Source of the DNA: an uncultured Candidatus Binatia bacterium
GTDB lineage: Bacteria > Desulfobacterota > Binatia > DP-6
Reading direction: 5' to 3'
Assembly: GCA_964404165.1 (NCBI GenBank)
Contig: CAYOIZ010000003.1
Span: 116,940 to 180,939, forward strand
DNA: 64,000 nt
A model generated the notes under the pieces. The model worked only from the letters and a program-made list of their open reading frames with translations. It did no database searches and was not told where the DNA came from. Positions 47,216-57,146 of this stretch are shown here, in pieces. Positions within the stretch are counted from its first letter, which is position 1; every line of letters starts with the position of its first letter. A program made the translations under genes and the position numbers.

Positions 47216-48403
47216 ATGGCCGACGCCCCGCCGCCCATGAACTTTCTCGACGTCGACTTCTACATCTCCGACCCGTACGACGCGTACGCCTGGCTCCGGC
47301 ACCACGCCCCGGTGTGGTGGGACCCGGCCAACGGCTTCTGGGTGGTGACGCGCCACGAGGACGTCGCCTTCATCTCGACCCACTCCGACCTGTTCTGCTC
47401 GAGCCAGGGCTACCGGCCGAACGTCGGTCCCGACCCGTCGCTGATCTCGCTCGACCCCCCGCGCCACACGGCGCTGCGTCGCCTCATCAACAAGGGGTTC
47501 ACGCCGCGCATGGTGTCGCAGCTCGAGCCGCACGTGCGCGACATCGTACGCCGCACGCTCGACGGCGTCGGCCCGCAGGGCGCCTGCGACTTCGTGGAAG
47601 ACATCGCCATGCCGCTGCCGATGCTCGTCATCGCCGAGCTGCTGGGCTACCCGCAGGAGGACTGGCAGCGCCTGCAGCACTGGTCCGACGAGATGAACAT
47701 CGGCGACGCCAGCCACCCGCTCGACAAGGTGATCGAGGCGTACCAGGCGTTCTGCGCCTACCACGAGCCGATCGCGGCGGCGAAGGCCGAGCGGCCCGGC
47801 GACGACCTGCTCTCGAAGCTGATCCATGGCGAGATGGCGGGCGAGAAGCTCGACGCCGACGACGTGCTGCGCACGGCGCTGCTGCTGCTCGTCGGCGGCA
47901 ACGAGACGACGCGCAACACCGTCGCCGGCGCGATGCTGGCGCTGATGCAGCACCCCGAGCAGCGCGACCGCCTGGTCGCCGACCCGGACGGTCTGCCGGT
48001 GGCCATCGAGGAGTTCCTGCGCTGGGTGACGCCCATCATGAACTTCCGCCGCACGGCGACGCGCGACCTCGAGCTGCGCGGCACCGCCATCCACGAGGGC
48101 GACCAGGTGGTGATGATCCACGGCTCGGCCAACCGTGACGAGGCCGTGTTCGCCGACGCCGACCGGTTCGACGTCGGCCGCGACCCGAACCCGCACCTCG
48201 CGTTCGGCGTCGGCACGCACTTCTGCCTCGGCGCCAACCTGGCCCGCCTCGAGATCCGCGTCATGTTCGAGGAGCTGCTGCGCCGCTTCCCCGACATGCG
48301 ACTCGCCCCCGGCGGCGAGGTCCGTCGCTACCCGTCCACGTTCATCCGCGGCTGGTCGTCGATGCCCGTGGAGTTCACGCCCGAGAGGAGCACCAATGGC
48401 TGA
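47216..48403 (+). CDS. cytochrome P450
   Basis: Heme-binding loop (FGVGTHFCLGANLAR), an EXXR motif (EEFLRW) and the I-helix (GGNETT). Confidence 0.9.
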   Translation: MADAPPPMNFLDVDFYISDPYDAYAWLRHHAPVWWDPANGFWVVTRHEDVAFISTHSDLFCSSQGYRPNVGPDPSLISLDPPRHTALRRLINKGFTPRMVSQLEPHVRDIVRRTLDGVGPQGACDFVEDIAMPLPMLVIAELLGYPQEDWQRLQHWSDEMNIGDASHPLDKVIEAYQAFCAYHEPIAAAKAERPGDDLLSKLIHGEMAGEKLDADDVLRTALLLLVGGNETTRNTVAGAMLALMQHPEQRDRLVADPDGLPVAIEEFLRWVTPIMNFRRTATRDLELRGTAIHEGDQVVMIHGSANRDEAVFADADRFDVGRDPNPHLAFGVGTHFCLGANLARLEIRVMFEELLRRFPDMRLAPGGEVRRYPSTFIRGWSSMPVEFTPERSTNG

Positions 48404-49175
48404 TCTGACGGGCCGTGTGGCCCTGGTGACCGGTGGCGGCAGCGGCATCGGCTTCGGCTGCGCGCGCGCGATGGCCGACGCGGGCGCCCGCGTCGCCCTC
48501 ATGGGCCGCGACCCGCAGCGGCTCGAGCATGCGGTCACGCTGCTCGGCGCCGAGCGCGCCATCGCCGTCCCCGGCGACGTCGCCATCGAGGACGACGTCG
48601 CGCACGCGGTCGGCCATACCGTCGAGCGACTCGGCCGTCTCGACATCGGCGTCAACGCGGCCGGCACCGGCTCGCTGGCCCCCGTCCACGAGCACAGCGC
48701 CGAGGAGTGGACACGCGTCATGCGCATCAACCTCGACGGCGCCTTCTTCTCGGTGAAGCACCAGGCCGCCGCCATGATCGCCGCCGGCCACGGCGGCGCC
48801 ATCGTCAACATCTCCTCGATCGCCGGCATCCTCACGCACCGCCTGATGAGCGCCTACTGCGTCTCCAAGGCCGGCCTCGAGATGCTCACCAAGTGCGCCG
48901 CCGACGAGCTCGGCGAGCACCGCGTGCGCGTCAACGCGATCCGCCCGGGGTTGGTCCCGACGGATCTCGCAACGCCGCTCACGAGCAGCCCGAAGGTCGT
49001 CGAGAACTACAAGTCGCTGATGCCGATCCAGCGCCTCGGCACGGTCGAAGACATCGCCGCCGCCGCCCTGTTCCTGGTGAGCGACGACGCCGGCTGGGTG
49101 ACCGGCCAGGTCCTGTCGGTCGACGGCGGCCACACGCTCCGCGCGGGTCCGGACGTCACACTGATGTTCAGCTAA
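48396..49175 (+). CDS. SDR family oxidoreductase
   Basis: Cofactor-binding TGGGSGIG, catalytic YxxxK (YCVSK) and NISS motifs. The ATG overlaps the P450 stop. Confidence 0.9.
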   Translation: MADLTGRVALVTGGGSGIGFGCARAMADAGARVALMGRDPQRLEHAVTLLGAERAIAVPGDVAIEDDVAHAVGHTVERLGRLDIGVNAAGTGSLAPVHEHSAEEWTRVMRINLDGAFFSVKHQAAAMIAAGHGGAIVNISSIAGILTHRLMSAYCVSKAGLEMLTKCAADELGEHRVRVNAIRPGLVPTDLATPLTSSPKVVENYKSLMPIQRLGTVEDIAAAALFLVSDDAGWVTGQVLSVDGGHTLRAGPDVTLMFS

Positions 49176-49230
49176 CCCCTCTCGACGGAGGGGACCGCAG
49201 CCGCGCCCCGCCTCCGCCCGCCGCCGCTGC

Positions 49231-49259
49231 TTGACCCGAGTGAAACATCTGTTTTAAAC
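49231..49259 (+). promoter_or_regulatory. candidate sigma70-like promoter with embedded palindromic operator (AAACA-TC-TGTTT) upstream of tetR-efflux operon
   Basis: TTGACC at 49231 (-35), then a 17-nt spacer, then TTAAAC (-10). The 5-2-5 inverted repeat at 49243-49254 overlaps the spacer and -10. The tetR GTG is at 49268. Confidence 0.35.
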
Positions 49260-49267
49260 GTCCGTTC

Positions 49268-49948
49268 GTGACGTCGACCACCACCCGCGACCCGGCCGCC
49301 ACGCGCCGGCGTCTCCTCACCGCCGCCGCGCGCTGCTTCGCCGATCACGGGTTCCACGGCACCACCATCCGCGAGATCGCCGAGCGCGCAGGAGTGAACG
49401 TCGCCGCCGGCAACTACCACTTCGGCTCCAAGAAGGACCTCTATCTCGAGGTCCTGCGCGGCGAGTTCGATCGGGCGAAGGCGGCACTCGCCGCCAGCGG
49501 CGCCTCGCCGTCCGCCGCCGAGCTCGCCGGCCTCGACCGCGACGCGGTCGTCGGCCTCCTCGTCGCCCGCGCGCGGGTCATGCTGGAGACGCTGGTCGCT
49601 CCGCCCGGGTTGCACGGCCGACTGATGCAGCGCGAGATGACCGACCCCAGCGAGGCGCTCCCCACCATCGTCGACGAGTTCATCAAGCCGTGGACGGAGG
49701 AGCTGAAGGCCATCGTCGCGCGCCTGCAACCCGGGCTCGATGACGCCACGCTCGAGCGGTGCGCCATGAGCATCGTCGGCCAGGTGATGTTCTACCGTGC
49801 CGCGATGCCGATCGTGCTGCGCATCTGGAAGCGCCGCCAGTACCCGGCCGACGTGCTCGACGACCTCGCCGCACACATCGCCACCTTCTCCGTCGGCGGG
49901 CTCGCCGAGGTGGCTCAAGGCCCGCGGAGGGTGTCGCGTGCGCGCTGA
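49268..49948 (+). CDS. TetR/AcrR family transcriptional regulator
   Basis: TetR_N HTH (TIREIAERAGVNVAAGNYHFGSKKDLY). GTG start. Confidence 0.85.
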   Translation: MTSTTTRDPAATRRRLLTAAARCFADHGFHGTTIREIAERAGVNVAAGNYHFGSKKDLYLEVLRGEFDRAKAALAASGASPSAAELAGLDRDAVVGLLVARARVMLETLVAPPGLHGRLMQREMTDPSEALPTIVDEFIKPWTEELKAIVARLQPGLDDATLERCAMSIVGQVMFYRAAMPIVLRIWKRRQYPADVLDDLAAHIATFSVGGLAEVAQGPRRVSRAR

Positions 49949-51389
49949 TCGCTGGCTCCTGCTGCTGCCGCTGCTCGCCGCCTGCGGACCGATGGCCGTG
50001 ATGACGCGGCCCGAGGGCAACGGCGGCTGGACGGCGGACCAACGACGCGAAGAGCTCGGCAAGCGCGCCGCGGCGGCGGGCGTCGATCTCGCCGCCACGG
50101 CGCCCGCGCTGCCGGCCGATCGTCCGCTGTCGCTGTCGGAGGCCATCGCCCTCGCCGCGGGCGGTAACCGGCGCATCGCCGAGGCCGAGCGCATGCTCGG
50201 CGAGGCCGGCGCGCGTGTGCGCCTGTCGCGCGGCCGCCTGCTGCCGAACGTCACCGGTGAGGGCCGCTACACCTGGTACACCGATCCGCTCTCGAACCAG
50301 GTCGACTTCCCGCCGGGCGTCCTGCCCGCCGGCATCCAGCCCCCCATCGTCATCATCCGCGAGGCGGAGTCGGGACGGGTGAATGGCACCGTCCGGGTGC
50401 CGCTCGACGTCACCGGCGAGCTGTGGAATGGCCTCACCGCCGCCCAGGCAGGGTACCGCGGCGAGCGCGCCCGGGTGTGGGCGACGACGCTCGCCGAGCA
50501 GGTCGCCGTGATCCGCGCCTACTTCGAGCTCCTCGAGGCGCAGCGGCTGCGCGTCGTCACCACCGAGCGCATCGCCGTGCAGCGCACCCAGCTCACCAAC
50601 GCGCAGAATCGCTTCGACGCCGGCCGGCTCACCAAGAACGAGCTGCTGGTCGTACAGGTGGCGCTGCGCGACAGCGAGCAGGGGCTCCGCCGTCGCGATC
50701 TCGCCATCGCCGAGGCGCGCTGGACGCTGAACCAGCTCGTCGGCCGTCCCGTCGACGCCCCCACCGAGGTCGTCGACGTCGCCACGCCGCCGGTGGTGCC
50801 CAGCACCGACGACGCCCTTCGCGACGCCTTCGCCAACAATCCGCTCCTGCTCTCGCTCGCCGAGGAGCAGCAGCGGCTCGACGACACCGCGACCTCGCTC
50901 GAGCGCGGGCGCCTGCCGCGCTTCAACGCCGGCGGGGCCATCGACTGGACGTCGGAGAAGATCATCACGCCGCAGCGTGTGGGTGCGGGGTTCGTGGGCT
51001 TCACCTGGGACATCGGCACCGACGGCCAGCGCGAGGCCCGCATCGCCGAGGCGCGCATCGCCGCCGACCGCAATCGGATCGCCGTCGAGCGCGAGCTGCG
51101 CAGCCTCGAAGGCGGCGTGCGCGCCACCCAGCAGGCCACCGAGGAGCGCCTGGCGGCGCTCGAGTCGGCGGGCGAGGCGGTGTCGCAGGCCGAGGAGAAC
51201 CTCCGCATCCGCCAGCAGCAGTTCGACGCCGGACGTGCCACCAGCGAGGACGTGCTCGACGCCGAGGCGCTGCTGACGCGGCAACGCGCCGACCTCGCCA
51301 CCGCCCTCTACCAGGCGCACACCCGCCGCGCCGAGTTGCAACAGCTGATGGGCCTGCCGCTCGACGGCCTGGCCGCCGCCACGAGGTGA
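49938..51389 (+). CDS. TolC family outer membrane efflux protein (lipoprotein)
   Basis: Lipobox (LLAAC) and two OEP repeats. GTG start with a GGAGG RBS. Overlaps the tetR stop. Confidence 0.8.
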   Translation: MRADRWLLLLPLLAACGPMAVMTRPEGNGGWTADQRREELGKRAAAAGVDLAATAPALPADRPLSLSEAIALAAGGNRRIAEAERMLGEAGARVRLSRGRLLPNVTGEGRYTWYTDPLSNQVDFPPGVLPAGIQPPIVIIREAESGRVNGTVRVPLDVTGELWNGLTAAQAGYRGERARVWATTLAEQVAVIRAYFELLEAQRLRVVTTERIAVQRTQLTNAQNRFDAGRLTKNELLVVQVALRDSEQGLRRRDLAIAEARWTLNQLVGRPVDAPTEVVDVATPPVVPSTDDALRDAFANNPLLLSLAEEQQRLDDTATSLERGRLPRFNAGGAIDWTSEKIITPQRVGAGFVGFTWDIGTDGQREARIAEARIAADRNRIAVERELRSLEGGVRATQQATEERLAALESAGEAVSQAEENLRIRQQQFDAGRATSEDVLDAEALLTRQRADLATALYQAHTRRAELQQLMGLPLDGLAAATR

Positions 51390-51394
51390 ACGGA

Positions 51395-52414
51395 ATGCCG
51401 AAGCGGATCGTGATCGTCGTCGTCGTGCTGGCCGTCCTCGTGGGCGCGCTGTGGTGGAGCCGGCGCGACACCGGACCGTCGCACTTCACCGGCTTCGTCG
51501 AGGGCGAGGAGCGGGTGGTGCGCAGCGAGGTCACCGGCCGCGTGCTCGACGTGCCCTTCCACGAAGGCGACGCGGTGCCCGCGGGCGCCGTCCTCGCCCG
51601 TCTCGACGACGCCGACGTCGCCGCCAAGGTGGCCTCGAAGCAGGCCGAGGTGGCGATGATCGACGCCCAGATCACGCGCCAGGACGAGCAGATCGCCCTC
51701 ACCGAGGCCACCTGGGCGCGCGATCGCAGCGCGCGCGCCGCCGAGCTGCGACGGACCGAGGCCACCGCCGCCCTCGCCGAACGCACGCTCGCCCGCGAGC
51801 AGGAGCTGGTGCGCTCCGGTGCCAGCACCGCACAGACCCTCGACGACCAGCGCGCGCTCCGCGACCAGTCGCAGAGCGACCTGCAGCGTGCCCGCGAGCT
51901 GCTCGGCCGCGCCGACGCCGAGGAGCGCTCCATCGCCCTTGCCCGCCAGCAGCGCGAAGTGCTCGTGCAGCAGCGCGCCATGGCCGCGGGGCAGCTCGCC
52001 GAGCTGCAGGTGACGCAGGGGAAGTTCACCATCACGGCCCCCGCCGTCGGCACCGTGGTGCAGAGCCAGCTCATCTGGCCGGGCGAGCTGGCGCAGCCGG
52101 GCACGCCGATCGTGTCGGTACTGGATCCCACCGACAAGTACGTTCAGGTCTACGTCCCGGTGCCCGACGTCGGCCGCTTCAGCCTCGGGCGGCCGGTGGA
52201 GATCGAGCTCGACAGCGAGCCGGGCCGGCGCTTCAAGGGCGAGGTGAGCTTCGTCGCCAACGGCGCGAACTTCACGCCCGAGAAGATCGAGACGCGCAGC
52301 GATCGTCTCGGCCAGGTCTATCGCGCCAAGGTGCGCATCCTGGAGGACGTCGCGCGCTTCCAGCCCGGCACCGAGGGCAACGTGTTCCTGGTCGGGGAGG
52401 AGCCGCGGGGGTGA
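51395..52414 (+). CDS. HlyD family membrane fusion protein
   Basis: N-terminal TM segment, coiled-coil and biotinyl/lipoyl-like beta domains. YbhG-like. Confidence 0.85.
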   Translation: MPKRIVIVVVVLAVLVGALWWSRRDTGPSHFTGFVEGEERVVRSEVTGRVLDVPFHEGDAVPAGAVLARLDDADVAAKVASKQAEVAMIDAQITRQDEQIALTEATWARDRSARAAELRRTEATAALAERTLAREQELVRSGASTAQTLDDQRALRDQSQSDLQRARELLGRADAEERSIALARQQREVLVQQRAMAAGQLAELQVTQGKFTITAPAVGTVVQSQLIWPGELAQPGTPIVSVLDPTDKYVQVYVPVPDVGRFSLGRPVEIELDSEPGRRFKGEVSFVANGANFTPEKIETRSDRLGQVYRAKVRILEDVARFQPGTEGNVFLVGEEPRG

Positions 52415-53340
52415 GCCAGCCGCTCGTCGAGCTGCGCGACCTGCGCAAGCGCTTCGGTCGCACGACGGCGCTCGCCGACATCGACCTCACCATCGACGAG
52501 CGCCAGATCGTCGGCGTGGTCGGACCCGACGGCGCCGGCAAGACCACGCTGCTGCGCGCGCTCGCCGGGCTCCTCGAGGTCGAGGCCACCACCGCCCGCG
52601 TGCTCGGCCACGACCTCACCCGCGACGTCACGGCGCTCAAGGACCGCATGGGCTACGTGCCGCAGGTCTTCAGCCTGCATCGCGACCTCACCGTCGGCGA
52701 GAACCTGCGCTTCACCGCCCGACTGCATCGCATCCCGCCCGACGAGGGCTGGGCCCGGGCCGAGGAGCTGCTGCGTCGCATCGCCATGGACCGCTTCGCC
52801 GATCGGCTCGCCGGCGCGCTGTCCGGCGGCATGAAGCAGAAGCTCGCGATCGCCAACGCGCTGCTCCCCCGTCCCGACCTGATCGTGCTCGACGAGCCGA
52901 CCGCCGGCGTCGACGTGGTGGCGCGCGGCGAGATTTGGGACCTGCTGGTCGAGGCGCAGCGCGACGCGCTCGTCGTGCAGAGCACGAGCTACCTCGACGA
53001 GGCGGAGCGCTGCGACCTGCTCGTGTACCTCGACGATGGTCGCGTCGTCGCCGCCGGCACGCCCGACGAGCTGCGCGCGTCCGTGCCCGTCGAGCTGTAC
53101 CGCGTGTGGGGCACCGATGCCCGGGCGGTCGCGGGGGCCGCGCGCCGTCTGCCCTACGTCGCCGGGGCACGCGCCACCGGCACCTACGCCCGCATCGAGG
53201 TGGCCTCGGCACGTTCGCCGGGGACCTCGTCGGTGCTTCGCGACCTCGGCGCGCTCTCGACCGACGGCGCCCACCTCGCAGAGCGGGTCCCCGTCGACAT
53301 GGAGACCACACTGCTCTCGCTCGCCGGGGGGCTCACGTGA
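52411..53340 (+). CDS. ABC transporter ATP-binding protein
   Basis: Walker A (GPDGAGKTT), signature motif (LSGGMKQK) and Walker B (LIVLDEPTAGVD). GTGA overlap with the upstream gene. Confidence 0.9.
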   Translation: MSQPLVELRDLRKRFGRTTALADIDLTIDERQIVGVVGPDGAGKTTLLRALAGLLEVEATTARVLGHDLTRDVTALKDRMGYVPQVFSLHRDLTVGENLRFTARLHRIPPDEGWARAEELLRRIAMDRFADRLAGALSGGMKQKLAIANALLPRPDLIVLDEPTAGVDVVARGEIWDLLVEAQRDALVVQSTSYLDEAERCDLLVYLDDGRVVAAGTPDELRASVPVELYRVWGTDARAVAGAARRLPYVAGARATGTYARIEVASARSPGTSSVLRDLGALSTDGAHLAERVPVDMETTLLSLAGGLT

Positions 53341-54263
53341 GCGAGCCCATCATCCGCACCCGCGGGCTCACGAAGCGCTTCGGCGATTTCACCGCGGTCG
53401 ATCAACTCGACATCACCGTCCAGCCGGGCAGCATCTTCGCCTTCCTCGGCGGCAACGGCTCGGGCAAGAGCACCACGATCCGCATGCTGATCGGCCTGCT
53501 GCAGCCCACCGACGGCGAGATCACCGTCGACGGCGTCGACGTCATCCGCTTCCCGCGCCGCGTGCGCGACCACATCGGCTACATGGGCCAGAAGGTGAGC
53601 CTCTACCAGGGGCTGTCGCTGCGCGAGAACGTCGAGTTCTACGCCGGGCTGTTCGGCATGGGCGGCGACGCGCTGGAGCACCGCTGGAGCGAGCTGCGGG
53701 AGCGCTTCGCGCTCGGCGAGGCCGAGGCCGAGCGGCCCGAGAATCTACCGGCCGGCGTGCGCCAGCGCGCCGGGCTGGCGCTCAGCATGCTGCATTCGCC
53801 GCGCGTCCTCTTCCTCGACGAGCCCACCGCCGGCGTCGACGTCGCCAGCCGCACGCTCTTCTGGGAGGCCATCCAGGACGCGGCCGCCGCCGGCGTCACC
53901 GTGTTCGTCACCACGCACTTCCTCGAAGAGGTCGACTACTGCCACTGGGTGACGTTCATCGAGGCGGGGAAGATCGTCGCCGACGCCACCCCCGAGGCGC
54001 TGCGCACGCGCTACTCCGACGGCTATCGCGTGACGATCGCCGTCGACGCGGGACGGCGCGACGCCGTGCGCGCGCGACTGGGCGGCCTCGCCGACAGCGC
54101 CCAGCCCTCGGCCGCGGGACTCGTCCTGACACTGCCGCGCCTCGAGCCAGCGGCGCTGGCCGTCCTCGACGGGCTCCCGAAGGACGTCGAGGTGCGGGTC
54201 GAGCAGGCCCCCATGACCGAGGTGTTCCGTCGCGTGCTGCTCGGCCAGGCGGTGGCGGCATGA
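53337..54263 (+). CDS. ABC transporter ATP-binding protein (second NBD)
   Basis: Walker A (GGNGSGKST) and Walker B (LFLDEPTAGVD). GTGA overlap with the upstream gene. Confidence 0.9.
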   Translation: MSEPIIRTRGLTKRFGDFTAVDQLDITVQPGSIFAFLGGNGSGKSTTIRMLIGLLQPTDGEITVDGVDVIRFPRRVRDHIGYMGQKVSLYQGLSLRENVEFYAGLFGMGGDALEHRWSELRERFALGEAEAERPENLPAGVRQRAGLALSMLHSPRVLFLDEPTAGVDVASRTLFWEAIQDAAAAGVTVFVTTHFLEEVDYCHWVTFIEAGKIVADATPEALRTRYSDGYRVTIAVDAGRRDAVRARLGGLADSAQPSAAGLVLTLPRLEPAALAVLDGLPKDVEVRVEQAPMTEVFRRVLLGQAVAA

Positions 54264-55366
54264 GCCTCCGGCGGCTGCGCACGCTCATCGTGCGCGAGAT
54301 CCGCGCCACCTTCCGCGACGTCTTCACCATGTCGATCCTGGTGGCGACACCGCTCGGCGCGATGCTGATCTTCAGCTTCGTGCTCTCGACCGACGTCATG
54401 GGCCTGCGGCTCGCGATCCTCGACGGCGACGGCTCGGCCGAGAGCCGCCAGCTGGTCGCCGACGTCGCGGCGGGCGGGTCGTTCATTCCCCAACCCGTCG
54501 ATTCGCGCGAGGAGATCGCCGACGGCATGCGATCGGGCGAGGTGGGCGCCGCGCTCATCATCCCGCCCGGATTCGGTCGGGCCGTGCAGGAGGGCCGTGC
54601 GCCCGAGGTGCAGGCCATCTACGACGGCGCCGAGGCGGTGCTCGCAGGCAACGCCGAAGGCGCGCTCGGCGGGCTCCTGGCCGCGACCGGCGCGCGGCTC
54701 CGCGGCGGCGGACCGCCGCCCCCGCGGGGCGTGGCGGTCGCGACGCAGGTCCTGTTCAATCCCCGCCTCGACGGCACGCCGTTCATGGTGAGCGGCACGT
54801 TCGGCTTCGTGCTCTCCTTCCTCACCACGCTCATCACGGCGGTCACCATCGTCAACGAGCGGCAGGCCGGCACGTTCGACCAGCTGCAGGTGACGCCGGC
54901 GACGTCGCTCGAGATCCTGCTCGGCAAGCTGCTGCCCCTGGGCTTCGTGTTCTCGATCGACGTCGTGCTCATGGTGGTCCTCGCCGGCACCGTTCTCGGC
55001 GTGTGGCCGCACGGCAGCGTCGTGTTCTTCCTCGTGGTGTCGGCCTTCTACGTCATGGTGTCGCTGTCGCTCGGCCTGATCTTCTCCGCCACGTCGCAGA
55101 CCGCCGCCGAGGCGGTGCAGAAGACGGTGCTGTTCAGCGTGCCGCTGGTGCAGCTGAGCGGGTTCGCCTTCCCGATCCGCAACATGCCGACGGGTCTGCA
55201 GTGGGTCGCCGAGATGTTCCCGGCTACGCACTACATCCGCGTCACGCGCGCCATCTACCTGCGTGGCGAGGGGCCGCTCGATCTCGCACCGGAGCTGCTC
55301 GTGCTCTTCCTCTTCGCCGCGGCGCTGGTGGTCATGGCGTTGCGCACGCTCGAGCAGCGCGCATGA
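54260..55366 (+). CDS. ABC-2 type transporter permease
   Basis: Six TM segments and the ABC-2 family pattern. ATGA overlap with the upstream gene. Confidence 0.85.
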   Translation: MSLRRLRTLIVREIRATFRDVFTMSILVATPLGAMLIFSFVLSTDVMGLRLAILDGDGSAESRQLVADVAAGGSFIPQPVDSREEIADGMRSGEVGAALIIPPGFGRAVQEGRAPEVQAIYDGAEAVLAGNAEGALGGLLAATGARLRGGGPPPPRGVAVATQVLFNPRLDGTPFMVSGTFGFVLSFLTTLITAVTIVNERQAGTFDQLQVTPATSLEILLGKLLPLGFVFSIDVVLMVVLAGTVLGVWPHGSVVFFLVVSAFYVMVSLSLGLIFSATSQTAAEAVQKTVLFSVPLVQLSGFAFPIRNMPTGLQWVAEMFPATHYIRVTRAIYLRGEGPLDLAPELLVLFLFAAALVVMALRTLEQRA

Positions 55367-56508
55367 ACCTCCGTCGCTTCGTCTCGAACGTCATGGCCGT
55401 CGCCTCGCGCGAGGCGGGCGTGCTGCGTCACGACAAGGGCTTCCTGTCGACGGTGCTGGCGCAGCCCGTCATCATGCTGCTGCTCTTCGGCTACGGCCTG
55501 TCGAACGATCCGGCGAACGTGCCGTGGGCGGTGCTCGATCGCAGCCAGACCACCCCCGCGCGCCGCCTGGTCGAGGAGATCCAGCACACCGGCTACTTCG
55601 CGCCGGTCCAGCACATCGCCAGCTACGACGAGGCGCGGGCGCTGCTCGGACGCCAGCGCGCCATCGCCGTCCTGGTGATTCCGCGCGACTTCCAGCGCGA
55701 CGCCGCCCGGGGTCGCCCGCAGGTGCAGCTCCTCCTCGACGGCAGCGACCCGCTCACGAGCGCACGCATCGGCGGCTACGTCGGCCGCGTCGCGAGCACG
55801 TTCGGCAACCCCCGCGTCGTGCCGGCGCGCAGCGGCGACGCGTTGCCGATGACACGTCCGCCGGCGCCGCTCGACGTGCGGCAACGCTTCTGGTTCAACG
55901 CGACGCTGGCCGATCGCGAGTTCTTCCTCGCCACCATCGTCGGCATGCTGCTGACCAACCTCTGCCTCAGCATCTCGTCGCTCGGCATCGTCGGCGAGCG
56001 CGAGAGCGGGACGTTCGAGCAGACACTGTCGCTGCCGATCACGCCCATCGAGATCGTCATGGGGAAGCTCGTGCCGCTCGCGGTCGTGAGCTACGCCGTG
56101 CTGCTGTTCTCGCTGCTGGGCTCGGGTGTGCTCTTCGACCTGTGGCCCCGGGGGAGCTGGCCGGCGCTGTTCGTCGTCACCCTGCCCTTCGTGCTGTCGT
56201 CGCTCGCGATCGGCGTCTTCGTGTCGTCGCTGGCACGGACGTCGGCACAGGCGGTGTTCATCACCGTCTTCTTCATCATGCCGTCGTTCGTGCTCTCGGG
56301 CGTGATGTTCCCCTACCAGCTCATGCCGGGGCCGATCCGCGCGATCGGCGGCCTCCTGCCGCTGCGCTGGTATCAGGTGGCGCTGCGGCGGATCGTTTCG
56401 CGTGGCGCCGGCTTCGGGGACGTCGTCGTCCCCTTCGTGGCCATGCTGGTGATCTTCGCCGTGCTGCTCGCCGCCATCCGGTGGCGGCTCAAGCCGCGGC
56501 TGGCCTGA
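55363..56508 (+). CDS. ABC-2 type transporter permease
   Basis: Paralog of the preceding permease. ATGA overlap with it. Confidence 0.85.
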   Translation: MNLRRFVSNVMAVASREAGVLRHDKGFLSTVLAQPVIMLLLFGYGLSNDPANVPWAVLDRSQTTPARRLVEEIQHTGYFAPVQHIASYDEARALLGRQRAIAVLVIPRDFQRDAARGRPQVQLLLDGSDPLTSARIGGYVGRVASTFGNPRVVPARSGDALPMTRPPAPLDVRQRFWFNATLADREFFLATIVGMLLTNLCLSISSLGIVGERESGTFEQTLSLPITPIEIVMGKLVPLAVVSYAVLLFSLLGSGVLFDLWPRGSWPALFVVTLPFVLSSLAIGVFVSSLARTSAQAVFITVFFIMPSFVLSGVMFPYQLMPGPIRAIGGLLPLRWYQVALRRIVSRGAGFGDVVVPFVAMLVIFAVLLAAIRWRLKPRLA

Positions 56509-56509
56509 G

Positions 56510-56968
56510 TCAGTGCAGGTGCGGGCCGCGCTCGCCGGGCTTGGGTGCGTCGGGCGCCAGCGCTTCGTCGGTGGCGTACAACGCGAGCTTGCCACGCACG
56601 GCGAGCCCGATGCCCTCCTGCGCCGTGCAGGCGACGACGTCGTGCTCCGCGCCATGCAGGTAGGACAGGAGCGCACGCAGGCCGCCGGCGCCCTGATCGA
56701 GCACGACTTCGGCCGGCGTGGCACCGCGCGCCGCCAACTCGCCGAGGACGAAATCGGCCATCCAGCGCACGTCGTCCGCCGCACCGTCACCCGACAGCTC
56801 GCGGGCGCGCACGGCGTCCAGCGGGACGCTCAGGCGGGCACCGTCGGGGCCTTCGAGCTCGGCACGACCGCGACCGCAGCGCTGGCATACGCGGATCTGC
56901 TTGAGCTCGAGGCGCCGCACATCGGCCCTCCTATCGGTGCCCCCCCGGCGGGTCAACCCGGGACCCAT
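56510..56968 (-). CDS. hypothetical protein
   Basis: ORF with non-biased composition, convergent on the efflux operon. No family confidently recognised; it may be Roadblock/LC7-like. Confidence 0.35.
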   Translation of the reverse strand: MGPGLTRRGGTDRRADVRRLELKQIRVCQRCGRGRAELEGPDGARLSVPLDAVRARELSGDGAADDVRWMADFVLGELAARGATPAEVVLDQGAGGLRALLSYLHGAEHDVVACTAQEGIGLAVRGKLALYATDEALAPDAPKPGERGPHLH

Positions 56969-57146
56969 TCGGGCGAGGCTTTAAAGACTCCCCGAACCTC
57001 GTGCTAGAGTGCGCGCTCACGGCGAAATGGAAGCACGCAAGCGCGTATGGCTGGGGGCCACGGAGCGGCCCGCGGTTTGAGACCAGGGGCGAACGGATGA
57101 TGGGCGGGAGCGGCCCCCGCACGAGCGCGTCCTGGGGACGGGGTCG

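Noticed and set aside
56969-57146. Specific assignment of the CNNM leader as an M-box (ykoK) Mg2+ riboswitch.
   Set aside because: I could not recognise the M-box conserved core by eye. It is kept only as a generic structured-leader finding pending an Rfam scan.
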